From Octopus sinensis (lineage: Eukaryota), in NCBI RefSeq assembly GCF_006345805.1, contig NC_043003.1, positions 86,676,001-86,740,000 on the forward strand: 64,000 bases of DNA, written 5' to 3'. How positions within the stretch are numbered: position 1 is the stretch's first letter; every line of letters begins with the position of its first letter. Positions 51,981 to 64,000 of the stretch are shown here, in pieces. The position numbers were made by a program, and so were the translations under genes. The notes below the pieces were generated by a model. That model did not search any database. It saw only the letters and a program-made list of their open reading frames with translations, and was not told where the DNA came from.

Positions 51981-52048
51981 AGACTTTTATGGATGTACCT
52001 GAAGAGACCCAGAACGGGTCGAAACTTACGTTGTACTCAATAAAGTCT
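51981..52048 (+). ncRNA. type I hammerhead ribozyme, intact-looking, with extended stem I
   Basis: AGACUUUUAU-GGAU-GUAC-CUGAAGA-GACCC agaac GGGUC-GAAAC uuac GU-U-GUAC-UCA-AUAAAGUCU. Confidence 0.85.
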
Positions 52049-52208
52049 ATTACACATTCCATCTCCTATTTTATTAATACTGTTATCCCAACCGCCACTA
52101 CGAAATCCCTGCAGTAAATCAACGGATAACAACAGGTAATCGAAACTGCCGGTGCTTTACTCATCATCCATTTATACATTTTATACAATAACTCCATTAT
52201 TTTATATA

Positions 52209-52273
<65 letters not shown>

Positions 52274-52296
52274 TATATATATTATATATATATATA

Positions 52297-52468
52297 GGGA
52301 GAATTCACGAAAAATACAAAAGACGAAGACAGGTGGTGTAGAAAACAAATAAGTGTATTAGTATCACGCTCGGGAATTGAAAAAGTCTTTTACGTTTCGA
52401 GCCTACGCTCTTCAACAGAAAGGAACACAGAAAGAAACAAGGAGAGAAAGAATGTGTGAAGTGGCTAC
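52297..52468 (-). mobile_element. short (TA)n-terminating element with variant hammerhead-like motif (52387-52422)
   Basis: Minus strand CUUU-CUGUUGA-A-GAGC guag GCUC-GAAACGU-A-AAAG; the tail ends ...gtgaattctccc(TA)n. Confidence 0.55.
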
Positions 52469-53197
52469 CGATATATATTAATGTGAGTTTAGAGGGCTAT
52501 ATTATCTGGGCGGGTACCGTGGTAGCTCACAGTTATGTTCCAGCTTGCGGCTAACTGCATCAGTTAGTATTTAGCATCTATGATGACAAGGAGTTGCTAC
52601 TCACGCTGTAAATTCCTCCGATGGGTAATTCTATATTCGTTTCACTGGATGTTAATATTATCTGGAGTGTATACTAGCAATAATTATAACGATATAGAAT
52701 ATGGAGAATATGTCAAACAACATATTTTTATGGTTACGACGATCTCCACATATTTCCACTGCACAGAAAATTATGCTCGGTTGCATATGCAACTACCCTT
52801 ACTCTGTGCAGTGGAAACGTATGGAGGTCACCCTAACCCTAAAAGTATCCCGTATGACATTGTAAAATAAAAAGAAATAAATTTTGAGGATGTACCAGTC
52901 TTGATATTCTCTATCATTATAATTATTGCCAACATATATATATATATATATCTTTACATGCAGTTAAATATTTGTCTCCGATCGTAGAGTGATCAATGGT
53001 TTCGCATCCATAAAGATTTAAGATTCATGGACGGCATTGAGTCTAACGAGCCGTCCATGACGCTTAACGCGTTATTGATGTGAAACCATTGGTCACTCTA
53101 TGACCGGACATATATTTAACTGCATGTAAATACACAACTGCTTTATTCTTTAGAGTGTGCTTCTTGTTCTAATATATGATCCACTGACGATATATAT

Positions 53198-53240
<43 letters not shown>

Positions 53241-53244
53241 TGTG

Positions 53245-53275
<31 letters not shown>

Positions 53276-53299
53276 CGTGCGTGTGTGTTGTGGGTGTGT

Positions 53300-53393
53300 A
53301 CTATCTATCTCACACACTCACATTTTTTCTCTCCTTGTTTCTTTCTGTGTTCCTTTCTGCTGAAGAGCTTAGGCTCGAAACGTAAAAGACTTT
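53300..53393 (+). mobile_element. truncated inverted copy of the 52297-52468 element
   Basis: ctctccttgtttctttctgtgttcctttctgctgaagagcttaggctcgaaacgtaaaagacttt. Confidence 0.65.
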
Positions 53394-55253
53394 GAAGGAA
53401 ATTTAGCTTTTATTTCCAACAGATTGGGCAACTGCATCGAAGATCTCTCATTGATTCGACAACAGCTTAGTTTAATTTTCATAGTAGGGAAATAGTTTAT
53501 TTATTATCTACTATTAATCTCGAAGGGTAAGTTATTATCAGCTAAGCACCGAACTTAATGTCCTAATATTTTGCTTTGCTTTCTTGATTTTTCATCTTAC
53601 TGTCCTTCTGTAAGCAAATTTATTTCATTATAAATTCAACTGAATATATAGTTTCCTTAAAGAAAATTTCTCCGTACTAAAAAGAAGACTTTTATTATAT
53701 CTAAGATACTTTTATAAATTCAGCTTTTTATAACACCAAATCAAATCTCGATATTCGAAGAATATTTTTCAAGTATTTTCAAATTCCAGTCTTTCTAGAA
53801 TAAATCACACATTTTCATCATCACTTAACCTCGATTAAACATTTCGACTGGGTTTTTCGATTTCTTACAATATACTTCAGAGCCAGATCAGATAAAAATT
53901 TTCTTATGTTGAAATCTGTTATAAAGCTATCACTCTACTTATCTATGTTACAGAGAAGACGCACATACTTAAGCCATCAGTATTGCTACTGAGATGAAGT
54001 ACGTGACTTAATGAGTGAATTCGTCCATTTCTTTGAATTATACGCTCTATGTTTTCTTTATCTCTTGCATTCTAAACTATAGTGTCTTTGTTAAATTTTG
54101 TACACGGTTCTTGTAAGTTTAAAACGTTAAAATAGGGAAACTGCAAGATTTTCTATAATGCAATTTATTTTCACGCTTTGTTGCAACAGAATTTGCTGTC
54201 AGTTCACACTTTATTTGCTAAAAATATAAAGCAAACTTTTGCTTAGATGATGAATATAATGAAGAAAGACAACTTATGGATCTGTGCTTCAAGCAATATC
54301 AAATCTGTCAATAGAAGATACAGTGACAGCAAAGATATTATACAACGAAGAAGCGAGCGTTATTCATGGAAATCCATTGTTGCAGAAATTTTTTAAATAT
54401 TGATGGAAAAATGAGGAATTTTAACAGATAGGTAAGTAAAAATAACTCAAATATATTCACTAGTGTTAGACAAAAATAGTATCATTTTCATCTAATTTTT
54501 GCGAATTCTTTCTCTATTCAGATGTAGGTTACTTCACAAAGCAAGTTCATCTTTTTAGCAATAAATGTGCGATATGTACACATCCAAGATTTGCTTGAAA
54601 ATTATCCATGAGAAGATATATTGTTATACTATTCAAGCCCTTGCTTCTTTCTATGAAGGTCTAAAGACTTTCAGAGTTGCTTAACTAGATGTGTAGGTGC
54701 TCCGCAGCCCGTGGAGGAAAAAGACGTGAAACTACAGAGGAAGACAAGCACCAACATTGAGGAAGAAGAGAAAAATGACAGCTGGGAGATAGCAGAGAAA
54801 AAAAGAAAAGAGAGGATACATGTGGTAAAGAATGACCCCCAACCCACCCGGCCCCCACCCACACCCACTCTCCCCATGCCCGGTCTGACAAAAAAGCAAT
54901 TGCAAACACACAGGAGCCTCAAATTTACCCCCCAACCACCACCACCGCCCCCTGTAAAGAAAAATACGCATTGATGTACAATGAATAGAATGAGGAACTG
55001 GATAATGAGATACAATCGTGGGACGGAATTGTCAAGGTTGGTGTAGCAGGTGCAAGGGGTCAGTCCGAAAACAATTATTGAGTGCTAACGGACCCGGGGA
55101 GCTTGTGGGAGCTGCGTAAGTACGTGGAAGATTACGACTGCTAGTGGTGGGTCAAAAAAATAGACACCAGTACAATGCCGAAAAGAATAAGGTACGTTGA
55201 TATTTTAAAGAAATATGATATAGACATTTTGAAAAAAAGATGTGGATTAACTA

Positions 55254-55929
55254 TTTGATAGAATCGACTATCGGTACCTGGCGGGGGTCCTCGAGGAGGT
55301 CGGGTTGGACCCGAGTTTCCGCGGTTGGATTGCTTGCTTTGTACAGCGACATCGAGTGAACGTCTTTTTTCTTTTTTTTTTTCGAAATCGTTCGGGATTG
55401 AATGCTCAGTACGCCATGGATGTCCCTTGTCACCGCTTCTGTATGTATTGGCTTTTGAGTCATTGCTGTGGAAGCTGGAAACGTTGGGGAGCGTGTCATA
55501 TGATCTGTGGTGTGGAAGAGGTGCTACTGCGTATGCGGATGACATTTCCATCATCGTATCTGAAGAAGGGCAGCTTCCTTATGTAGAAAACGCCATCAAA
55601 GGATACGAGGCGGGTGGAAGGTGCAAAGGACAAGTCGGTCGGCTTGCAGCTCAGCAACTGAAGGGGCAAGTCGATGTCATCCAATAACGTCGTAGGGCGT
55701 TGGACGGAAGGTCCACTTACGTTGCTAGGGATCTGGTTCGGTTCAGACTTCCGGATAGAGAAGAATTGAAGCGAGGTCACGGATAAGTTGACTGCCCTTA
55801 CCCAGACCTGGTCTGCGCGGGCGTTATCCTTGGTAGGGAGAGAGTAGGTGGGGCAGATATTCATAGCATCTGTCATCACCTACTGCCTAACCGTTGTGCC
55901 TTGCTCCGATTTGTGGTTGAACAAGTTGA
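55254..55929 (+). mobile_element. Tx1/L1-clade LINE reverse transcriptase fragment
   Basis: FDRIDYRYLAGVLEEVGL, SVRHGCPLSPLLYVLAFESLL, AYADDISIIV, LLGIWFG, WSARALSLVGR; interrupted by a T-rich tract near 55365-55382. Confidence 0.88.
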
Positions 55930-55962
55930 TGAATATATGTACGTAAGTATGTGTGATGCGTG

Positions 55963-56020
<58 letters not shown>

Positions 56021-56034
56021 CATACATACATACC

Positions 56035-56140
<106 letters not shown>

Positions 56141-56208
56141 TATATATACATTAGATATATATACATACATAGCGATAAATTGACTGACAGATACGTTCAT
56201 ACATACAT

Positions 56209-56329
<121 letters not shown>

Positions 56330-56513
56330 GAAGAAAGTAGTGAGATGATAAAGAAGAGAAACAGTTAATAAGAAGTTAGAAAATTTTTTAATTTATGAAA
56401 CAAAGATCTAAATTAAAGAGTTTAAAAACGTAAACTGAAATGACTTATAATTTTCAATAATTTATTTTCTTCCATTGTGTGTTTTAACATTTATAGTAAG
56501 TTTAACACAATAA

Positions 56514-56640
56514 TCTAGTATATATAAATCGCAGTGTGTGCGTGTATAATGTCTAACGCATACGTTTCTACGATTCTCAATCGATTTTCATCAAACTTTA
56601 CACACATTAGTTATATCTCGAGGATGGTCATGCACTATAA
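56514..56640 (+). mobile_element. possible Helitron-type 5' end fragment
   Basis: TCTAGTATATATAAA followed by gtgtgtg...tcaatcgattttcatcaaacttt, a typical non-autonomous Helitron start. Confidence 0.35.
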
Positions 56641-56717
56641 TATTTTGCCCAGAGCTCCTGTGTAAATGGACATCAATGGGCATAGTGTATGTATGTATGG
56701 TCTTCCATACTTTTTTA

Positions 56718-56764
<47 letters not shown>

Positions 56765-56783
56765 ATAATATATATATATATAT

Positions 56784-56815
<32 letters not shown>

Positions 56816-56912
56816 ATAACAAAGGGTAAAATTAATTAATTAAGTAGTAAGCAATAATTTCACCAAGTAGAATTCGGCATGAAAAAGGACCATTTCACGG
56901 TAAACTTGAGTA

Positions 56913-57142
56913 ATACTTTATAATTAGGGTTCAGCAAAGATTGCTTTACCACATAGCGCAGTTTAGAAATAGCAGCCAAAAACCTTAGCTATTTCCTCTA
57001 CTTTAAAAAGGGACTCCCGGACAAAAACAAACGGGAGTCCCTTTTTAAAGTAGAGGAAATAGCTAAGGTTTTTTTTAGCTGCTATTTCTATACTTCGGTA
57101 TGTGATAAAGCAAATCTTTGCTGAACCCTAATTATAAAGTAT
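56913..57142. repeat. fold-back inverted repeat (~107-bp arms, 12-nt loop) near (TA)n tracts
   Basis: atactttataattagggttcagc...gggactcccg versus cgggagtccc...ctgaaccctaattataaagtat; diverged relatives at ~6640-6770 and 7110-7190. Confidence 0.9.
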
Positions 57143-57143
57143 A

Positions 57144-57192
<49 letters not shown>

Positions 57193-57970
57193 GAGTTTGT
57201 GTGTTTGTGTGTGTGTGTGTGTGTATGTGTGTGTGTGTATGTGCGTATGTTCCTTATGCATTCCAAAACCGAGTTGCCGTTTTTGACGTATGAGGTATCC
57301 AAAGGTTAAGTAAGGTTTTGGCTACCAAACTATATTTTCATTCATTTATTTGCATTACAAAAATTTAAGATTATCTTAAACGACATCTTTTATCACCAAC
57401 ATCACAACAACGATGATGTCACATTTTCTATATGTGTTCGCGCGTTCGTTACGTACGTTAGGCCGATGACTTACAAGTATATGTGTATGACGGTGTTTGT
57501 GTCTGTCAGCATACATACATTTTTGTGACGACTGACACACATACACACACATCAAAAGACCCAGACGCACACAGGGACAGAGATAGGCCTGAGGTGTGCG
57601 TTAATGTATGTATGTGTGTGTGTCTTAGTATATGTATGTGACGTCCCCCACCCAACAGTCAAACGCTCTGATACTGAAAGTTACAACGACTAGGTTTCAA
57701 TAGAAAATGAAAATAGTTTCACGCTTTCAATTTCAACCAAAATTACATTGTTTGATTACGAGACTGACGATGTATGAATAATGAAAGTAATATTTCTCCG
57801 AATTAGTCACATCTGGATTATAATAAAGAAAGTTCCTACGGCGATCTTTCGTGTTCCTTGCGAAACTGTCATCTGCGTTCATCAATTTCCGTAAAAAAAT
57901 TTTATTTATTTAATTTTGTTTTAAAGTGAGCGGAGAAAATGAAAAATGTATGTACGTGTATATGAAATGG

Positions 57971-58003
<33 letters not shown>

Positions 58004-59580
58004 AGCGGGAAAGAGAAAGAGAGAGGAAGAGAGAGAGGAAGGGAGAAAGAGAGAGAGACAAGAAGGGAGAAACATAGAGAGAGGAAAGGAGAAGGAGAGC
58101 GAGAAAGAGAGTGGCTGAAGGTGTGTATTGTTATGTATACGTACATACATCAATACATATGCATACATCTTTTTGTTTGTACATGTGCATGTGTTAGTGT
58201 GAGAGCGAGAGAGTGGGTGAGTGAACGTGTATGTAAGTAGCACTCACTCTCTCTCTCTCTCTCTCTCACATACACACACGCGCGCACACACGTCCATCTC
58301 ATATACACGTTCGTACATTTTTCACCTTCTCCTCTCGCGTTAACGAACAAAACAGCTGATCCGAATAACAGTTCGTTGACAACTTTGAGGGTTATAACGA
58401 AACAGCCGCTGTTTATTATCCGTCTACCAAATAAACTATGTTATTCACTCAACAACTCTTTTTTACAACTAAAATAACCTCGGTAACTACGCGGTCGACA
58501 TGCCGAAATGTTTATATACATACAACTCTGTAAAAATGCATGGTAGATTCGGGCTGCGGCATTCGCTGTTAGTTTATGTGCAGGCTATGTGGGAAGACAG
58601 AATAAAGGGTTTTTGTTAGTTTATCTCTCTGAAAAAATAGCTCCCTTTGTTGTAGAATAAAATAAACTCGCGGAGGGGAAGTTTCATCATCTTCTTTCAA
58701 TTTCCTTACACCATTTATGTGGCTGTTTCTGACAAGAAATTTCGCTATCATGTAAAACCACCATTTTTTGTAGTCATTATCTGTAATCTACTCCCAAAAC
58801 ACTTCAGTGCCTCGACTTTGCATCGCTTGCGAACTTATATGTTCTATGGCCATTAAAGTGTAACGACATCCACAATAACCAGCCTTCAATTTGATTTTCC
58901 GTTCCTAGGTTAATCGGAAACATAGATTGCCGTGCTACTCATAAACCTTCTCGGTAGTTCAATTATTTAGTGAAACAAATACCACCAAAGCAACTTAAAC
59001 CGTCCAAAGAACAGGTGCATTTGCTAGTTTAATATAAAATTAGGATGCTCCCAAGGTACAACAAAACTAGATTAACTTTAACTGAAAACATTGCAGATGA
59101 TATTTTAATACTTTTTTGATTGTGATGAAGACCAATTCAAAATACGTCATATGTAGACAATATTAATGTTGTGCTGGTGAAATTATATGCCAAACCACTT
59201 TAGATGTTAAACAAAGAAGTCCTCAAGTCAATGAGAGTAACTACGTCGTCCATTATAAAGCGAGAAATAGCACCAAAATCTCTCAACTCACACTATATTA
59301 TCTTTATGACAAACAACGGCTTACTTGATAGCATAGTCTAAGATATTCTATGCCTAAATAAATGGACTGTATGCGGGTTGAATGTTTTACATCACAGGTC
59401 TGTTTCACCAGAGCTGAAATGGATATCAAACCAACAATAACTAGCAATGAAAGATCTCCCGGAAACTACACAAGAATAATTCCCATCCCTTATTAATCAC
59501 TTTAAGCTTTAATCTAGGTTTTAAATCGATATGAAATCCAGATTTTAAGTGTTCGCTATTTATGTCACAGGGTCCAACAC

Positions 59581-60010
59581 GTGAAAAGTATAGACCTTAA
59601 TGTCATTACAGTCACGGAAATCCTGGCACAGTCTTTTAATCTTTAATAGAATTTTAACATGGCTGGCTACTTGTTTCGCAAAGACGATTTTAATCGCCAT
59701 GGTGACGATGTGAGAAACTTTCCGTGCTCAAACTTTTAGGTAACTCGTTACAGCGATTTGAACCAGTCGCAATAAGAATTATTTCGCACCGTGTCTACAT
59801 AAACACCTCAATACTTCTACTCGGAGTTGTTTACCATCTCCAGTACTACTATGAAGACACAAAGCTTTTTTGACAAATCTTGAGTTTCATCTGGGAAAAC
59901 AGCTACTTCAGTTTTCATTACTTGTGAGTTCATATACTCAGAGATTCCGTGGGAAAAACTTTCGCTGTTAACAATTTGTCTGCTATTTACTGCAGAATCT
60001 GAAACTACTC
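59581..60010 (+). mobile_element. degenerate CR1/L2-type apurinic endonuclease remnant
   Basis: NVITVTE, GYLFRKDDFNRHGDDV, ILLLGVVYH, SEIPW resemble APE-domain motifs. Confidence 0.55.
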
Positions 60011-60998
60011 TTCGCATCAATACCGCAGTACCTTTAGACGTTCCAATCACGCTACCATATTTGAAAATATTCTTTATGGGTAAAAAGGTAAGTCGTATGT
60101 CAAACAACAACAACCGAAAATCTACAAGTCAGTCAGGGAACTTCTAATAAGCATTCGAAATGTTAGAAATAGTTGCCAGTTTAAACACCTACACTATGCT
60201 GCCTTAAAAAGTGAAGTGCATTGAATGATACAGCTCTAGATCAAATATGTCTACAAGAAGCAAAACGATGCGTGGAAGATGTCTCGTCATATGTTTACTG
60301 ATCCAGAGTTGACCTAAGATGAACAACAGCATCAATGACGATAACAGTAATGAGTTAGGATATTTCTATATAGCCAATGAATTTGCTAAAAATAGCAACC
60401 AAATATTCCTTATGTCGTTTTATGCTGCCTTATGAAAATTAGGGAAAGACCTATGATAATTTTGTGCTAGATAACATTCTGCCACAAAAGTTAAAGACGA
60501 GGTAGTCAGGATAGTCAGGGCGGGTATATTTTGATCTGAACATAAGCAACAATAATAACAACAATAGCAGCAGGAATATCTAAATTGACTGAACAAATAT
60601 TCGAAAGTGTTTAGGAACACGTTTATGAGATACACAATAATGCACTGAAAAGGTTTTTTTTTTTTTTTTTGTGTGTGAATGAAAAAAGAATATTAAAGAT
60701 TCCTTAAGAAACAAGATATCGAAATATCTATACAAGTTTCTTCACACTGCTTCTTATTTCACATAGTGTTGATACACATCTACATTTAATCACACGTTAT
60801 CGAATTCATTTCTCTTTATAGAAATAATTCAACTATGTTTGAATAATATATAAGTTTTCTATGCGGAAGTATGATTTCCCAGACACACAGAATTGAAATG
60901 GTGCCATACAGGTTTCCGGATAATTCAACAATGTTTCGTGAATATTGCTCTGAATATTACTATTGTTATCCTAATTATTATCATTATTATTATTATTA

Positions 60999-61036
<38 letters not shown>

Positions 61037-62479
61037 GAGCAGGATGTTTTCGGCAATAAATACAAAAGGAAAGCGATATTTAGACGGAAAACACACTAAA
61101 GCATATAATATAATCCGTTATTGTGTGAGATTATATTGCCAATAATAGTTCTGTAAATGGTAACAATAATACATCAAGCTTTCTGCATAATGTTTCAATT
61201 GAATTTACGATCTCTACTGTAATGCATTACCAGAAATACCATAATAATCAATTAATCATTTATATGGAACAGATAAACGTCTATCAGGGTTAGTCTCCCC
61301 AAAGTTATACAAGTTTAGTAATAAGCAGATACAGTAGATGATCACTTTTGTTGAAGTAAATCTCTTTCAGATAACTCAATCCTAACTCAATCGGTCGAGG
61401 AAGTGTTTCAAATTTTACTGAAAATGCACGTAATACAACCAGCGGAACCAATTATATTCTAGAAATACCTATGTTATGCTATGACTTGGATAATTTTTAT
61501 GCGTTTGTATTTCAGAAATATTTCGATGAGAAAACATATCTGCTATTTATTATAGAACTAAACGTCTTCCTCACATATATTTTTTTAAACTAGTGTCAAG
61601 TGAACGACCCCCATAAAAATATGCCAGTGATATTTTCTCTATCCAACAAACAATTTGATGTTACCCAATGCATTCAGATTTTATTGGTTTGGAGTTTAGC
61701 CAATACAGCTTCTTTTGTCTGAAATAAAATTGGAGGAACCAGACAGAACAATCCATTAAAATATAATATATGGAAATAAGACAAGTTGCTGCAAATGAAG
61801 AAGCAACAGTAAATTTTCTTGTACAACAAACCAATGCGCCTACATTATTTTAAGCACTAGTATCAATACCCGCGTACTCAGGATGGTGGTTGGTTCATTT
61901 AGTAAAATGTGCCGGACAAAATGTATTTGGTATTTACTTAGATACTGAATCTACATCTAGCTATGTTGTTTTCAACCATTCTGGAATCGGTAAGGGAGCG
62001 CTAGTTCATGTACAGGTAACTACTTAGTTAGTTATACGCCGCTTCAGTTGTGGGTATATTAGGAATAAGTGCGGTATATTATATGATCAATAAGGAAATC
62101 TGTTTCAATAGTTTATTTTTAAAACGGACGTAGGGGGAAATGCCCCGTTTTATTGGGTGGATTTCTACCCTATGTGTGTAAGTATGATATCAATATTCAT
62201 TCAAATGAACACGATAGCTAACTGTCTCTTGTAACAGTATGTTTTCTGGTGATATTATTTGTGAGATCACTAGATCTTATAAATATCACTAGATCTCCAG
62301 GGATAAAATCAGCTGTGAATAATTAGTACCACATTAAGACATTACAAACAAAAAGATTAGAAAATGACAAATATCTTCCAGATAAATGTAAAAAAGTTGA
62401 AATGTATTAAAAGCGATAAAGTTTAAATTTGGTTTGGTGGATCTCCGTCGTTTTATGCGATGATGATTCCGTTGTTCGA

Positions 62480-62790
62480 TCAACTGAATTATTCGCTTCT
62501 GAATTTACTTGGAAGTGGTTGAGCTTCCATAGATAGATGTACTCTTAACTTAATTCTCGGACAGAATTACGATGACATAGTGTGTGACAAAGCTGTACCT
62601 TCTGAATTACATGCACAATCCATCCGACAAGCTTGCATATGAATCTACCCGATCTGACATACAAAGCTTTGGTAAACTCGAAGCTATAGAAAGTAGGATT
62701 TGCCTAACGTACACAGTTAGGTCAAAACTAGAACTTCGTGGATGTGAAGCGAACTTAATCATTCTACTTTACTTACCAGCACAACATTGA
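62480..62790 (-). mobile_element. possible CR1-type LINE C-terminal remnant
   Basis: Minus strand TVYVRQILLSIASS resembles YVRPILEYAS; very degenerate. Confidence 0.3.
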
Positions 62791-63182
62791 ATACTACCTA
62801 CAAATACAGGATTCTGTTGCTTGAAACGTTTAGCAAAATCTGTACAATATTTTATATTTTCCTGTAAAAGTACAACATTAGCTGCAATACCATAGCGCAG
62901 AATTTAAGACGGAGAATGACAACGATTTTTTTTCTTATCATAGAAAAATCGCATTTTTCTACAAAGATAAATCACCATTCTTTTAAACAAAATAAAACAT
63001 TGCGGTCCAACAAGCAAGGCTAATTCCAATGAAATGGAATCATCTTGGGATGAGATTATATTTCCAGAAATATTGTTCAAAGTATAGTGGAGATTAATCA
63101 TAAAGAAAAAATATCTTGAATGGCAAAATAAAACCTTGGATCGCCTGTCATACTTTAAACAACACTCTCTTCTCCTTCCCGC

Positions 63183-63219
<37 letters not shown>

Positions 63220-63381
63220 ACACAATCACTTTACACACGTACACACATACACACATGCACAAAACAGATAAACACATATTTACATATATACATACACACA
63301 CACATGCATACGTACATACATATATATGTGTGTGTGTGTACGTATTATGTGTATATATATATATATACATACACACACAAA

Positions 63382-63436
<55 letters not shown>

Positions 63437-63573
63437 GGATAGAGAAACAGATTGAGAAATACAATTAGTTACATCTGAATAAAAACATCTATGTGCAGGT
63501 AAATATATGTATGTATGTATGTATGTGTGTGTGTGTACATTATTGACATTTGTCCTCATCTTGTTTGTTGTTA

Positions 63574-63617
63574 ACACAACGTTTCGGCTGATATACCCTC
63601 CAGCCTTCATCAGGTGT
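63574..63617 (-). ncRNA. minimal type I hammerhead ribozyme motif
   Basis: ACAC-CUGAUGA-A-GGCUG gaggguauau CAGCC-GAAACGU-U-GUGU; stem III is a loop-less ACGU palindrome. Confidence 0.8.
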
Positions 63618-63678
63618 ATTGGGGAAATTTCGAACCTGGGGTTCCCATTCTAAGTTGTTGTTCTTGTTGTTATTATTA

Positions 63679-63722
<44 letters not shown>

Positions 63723-63737
63723 TATTATTATTATTAT

Positions 63738-64000
63738 CTTTTTTTTCTTTTTCTTTCAAATTTGCTTCCATTTCTTGCCGAGTGTCTTCCCGACTCCTAG
63801 GGAAAAGAAACTCATAGTATACATTGGTAGGCCATTAAACTAAACTCACTAGTTCGTTCATTTTTTTTTTAAGTTAAATTAAAATACATGGGTAGTAATA
63901 GTTCTCACATCGACAATGATCTTCTCAATACGTGTGATGTACCAGTTAAGACAATCTTTTGCACTTCTTGCAGGGATGGTAAGTCAGAGATCATTCTCAT
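63738..64000 (-). mobile_element. R4/Dong-type retrotransposon 3' end (ORF C-terminus + 3' UTR) ending in (TAA)n
   Basis: Minus strand SDLPSLQEVQKIVLTGTSHVLRRSLSM* parallels MAEIQKIVLMGTAHILRKILSM* at 43758. Confidence 0.8.

Noticed and set aside
54711-54974. Proline-rich 87-aa ORF
   Set aside because: Low complexity, next to a Tx1 RT fragment; possibly LINE ORF1 debris, and no family recognised.
57927-58340. ~75-bp diverged inverted repeat including (GA)n/(TC)n
   Set aside because: Largely low-complexity, so I could not assign it to an element.

Overview
AT-rich eukaryotic (metazoan) repeat-dominated DNA with very dense microsatellites ((TA)n, (TG)n, (TATG)n, (GATA)n, (TAA)n) and one 100-N scaffold gap. 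The SINE families and repeat landscape resemble what I recall from Octopus genomes (inference, not checked). No intact host gene, tRNA, rRNA or CRISPR array is supportable. Identifiable content is decayed mobile DNA: three R4/Dong-type non-LTR retrotransposon pieces abutting (TAA)n, Tx1/L1- and CR1-type LINE fragments, several mariner/Tc1 remnants, a piggyBac remnant, a Helitron Rep-helicase remnant plus non-autonomous Helitrons, Penelope-like (PLE) ORF remnants, and many tRNA-derived SINEs. The most striking signal is a dozen or more type I hammerhead-ribozyme-like motifs (CUGANGA...GAAA with stems I-III, often with a palindromic stem III). They sit in short non-coding elements next to (TA)n/(TAA)n tracts, and several occur as head-to-head fold-back duplications whose apex lies just 5' of the ribozyme. 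All folds were derived by eye and need computational and experimental checks.
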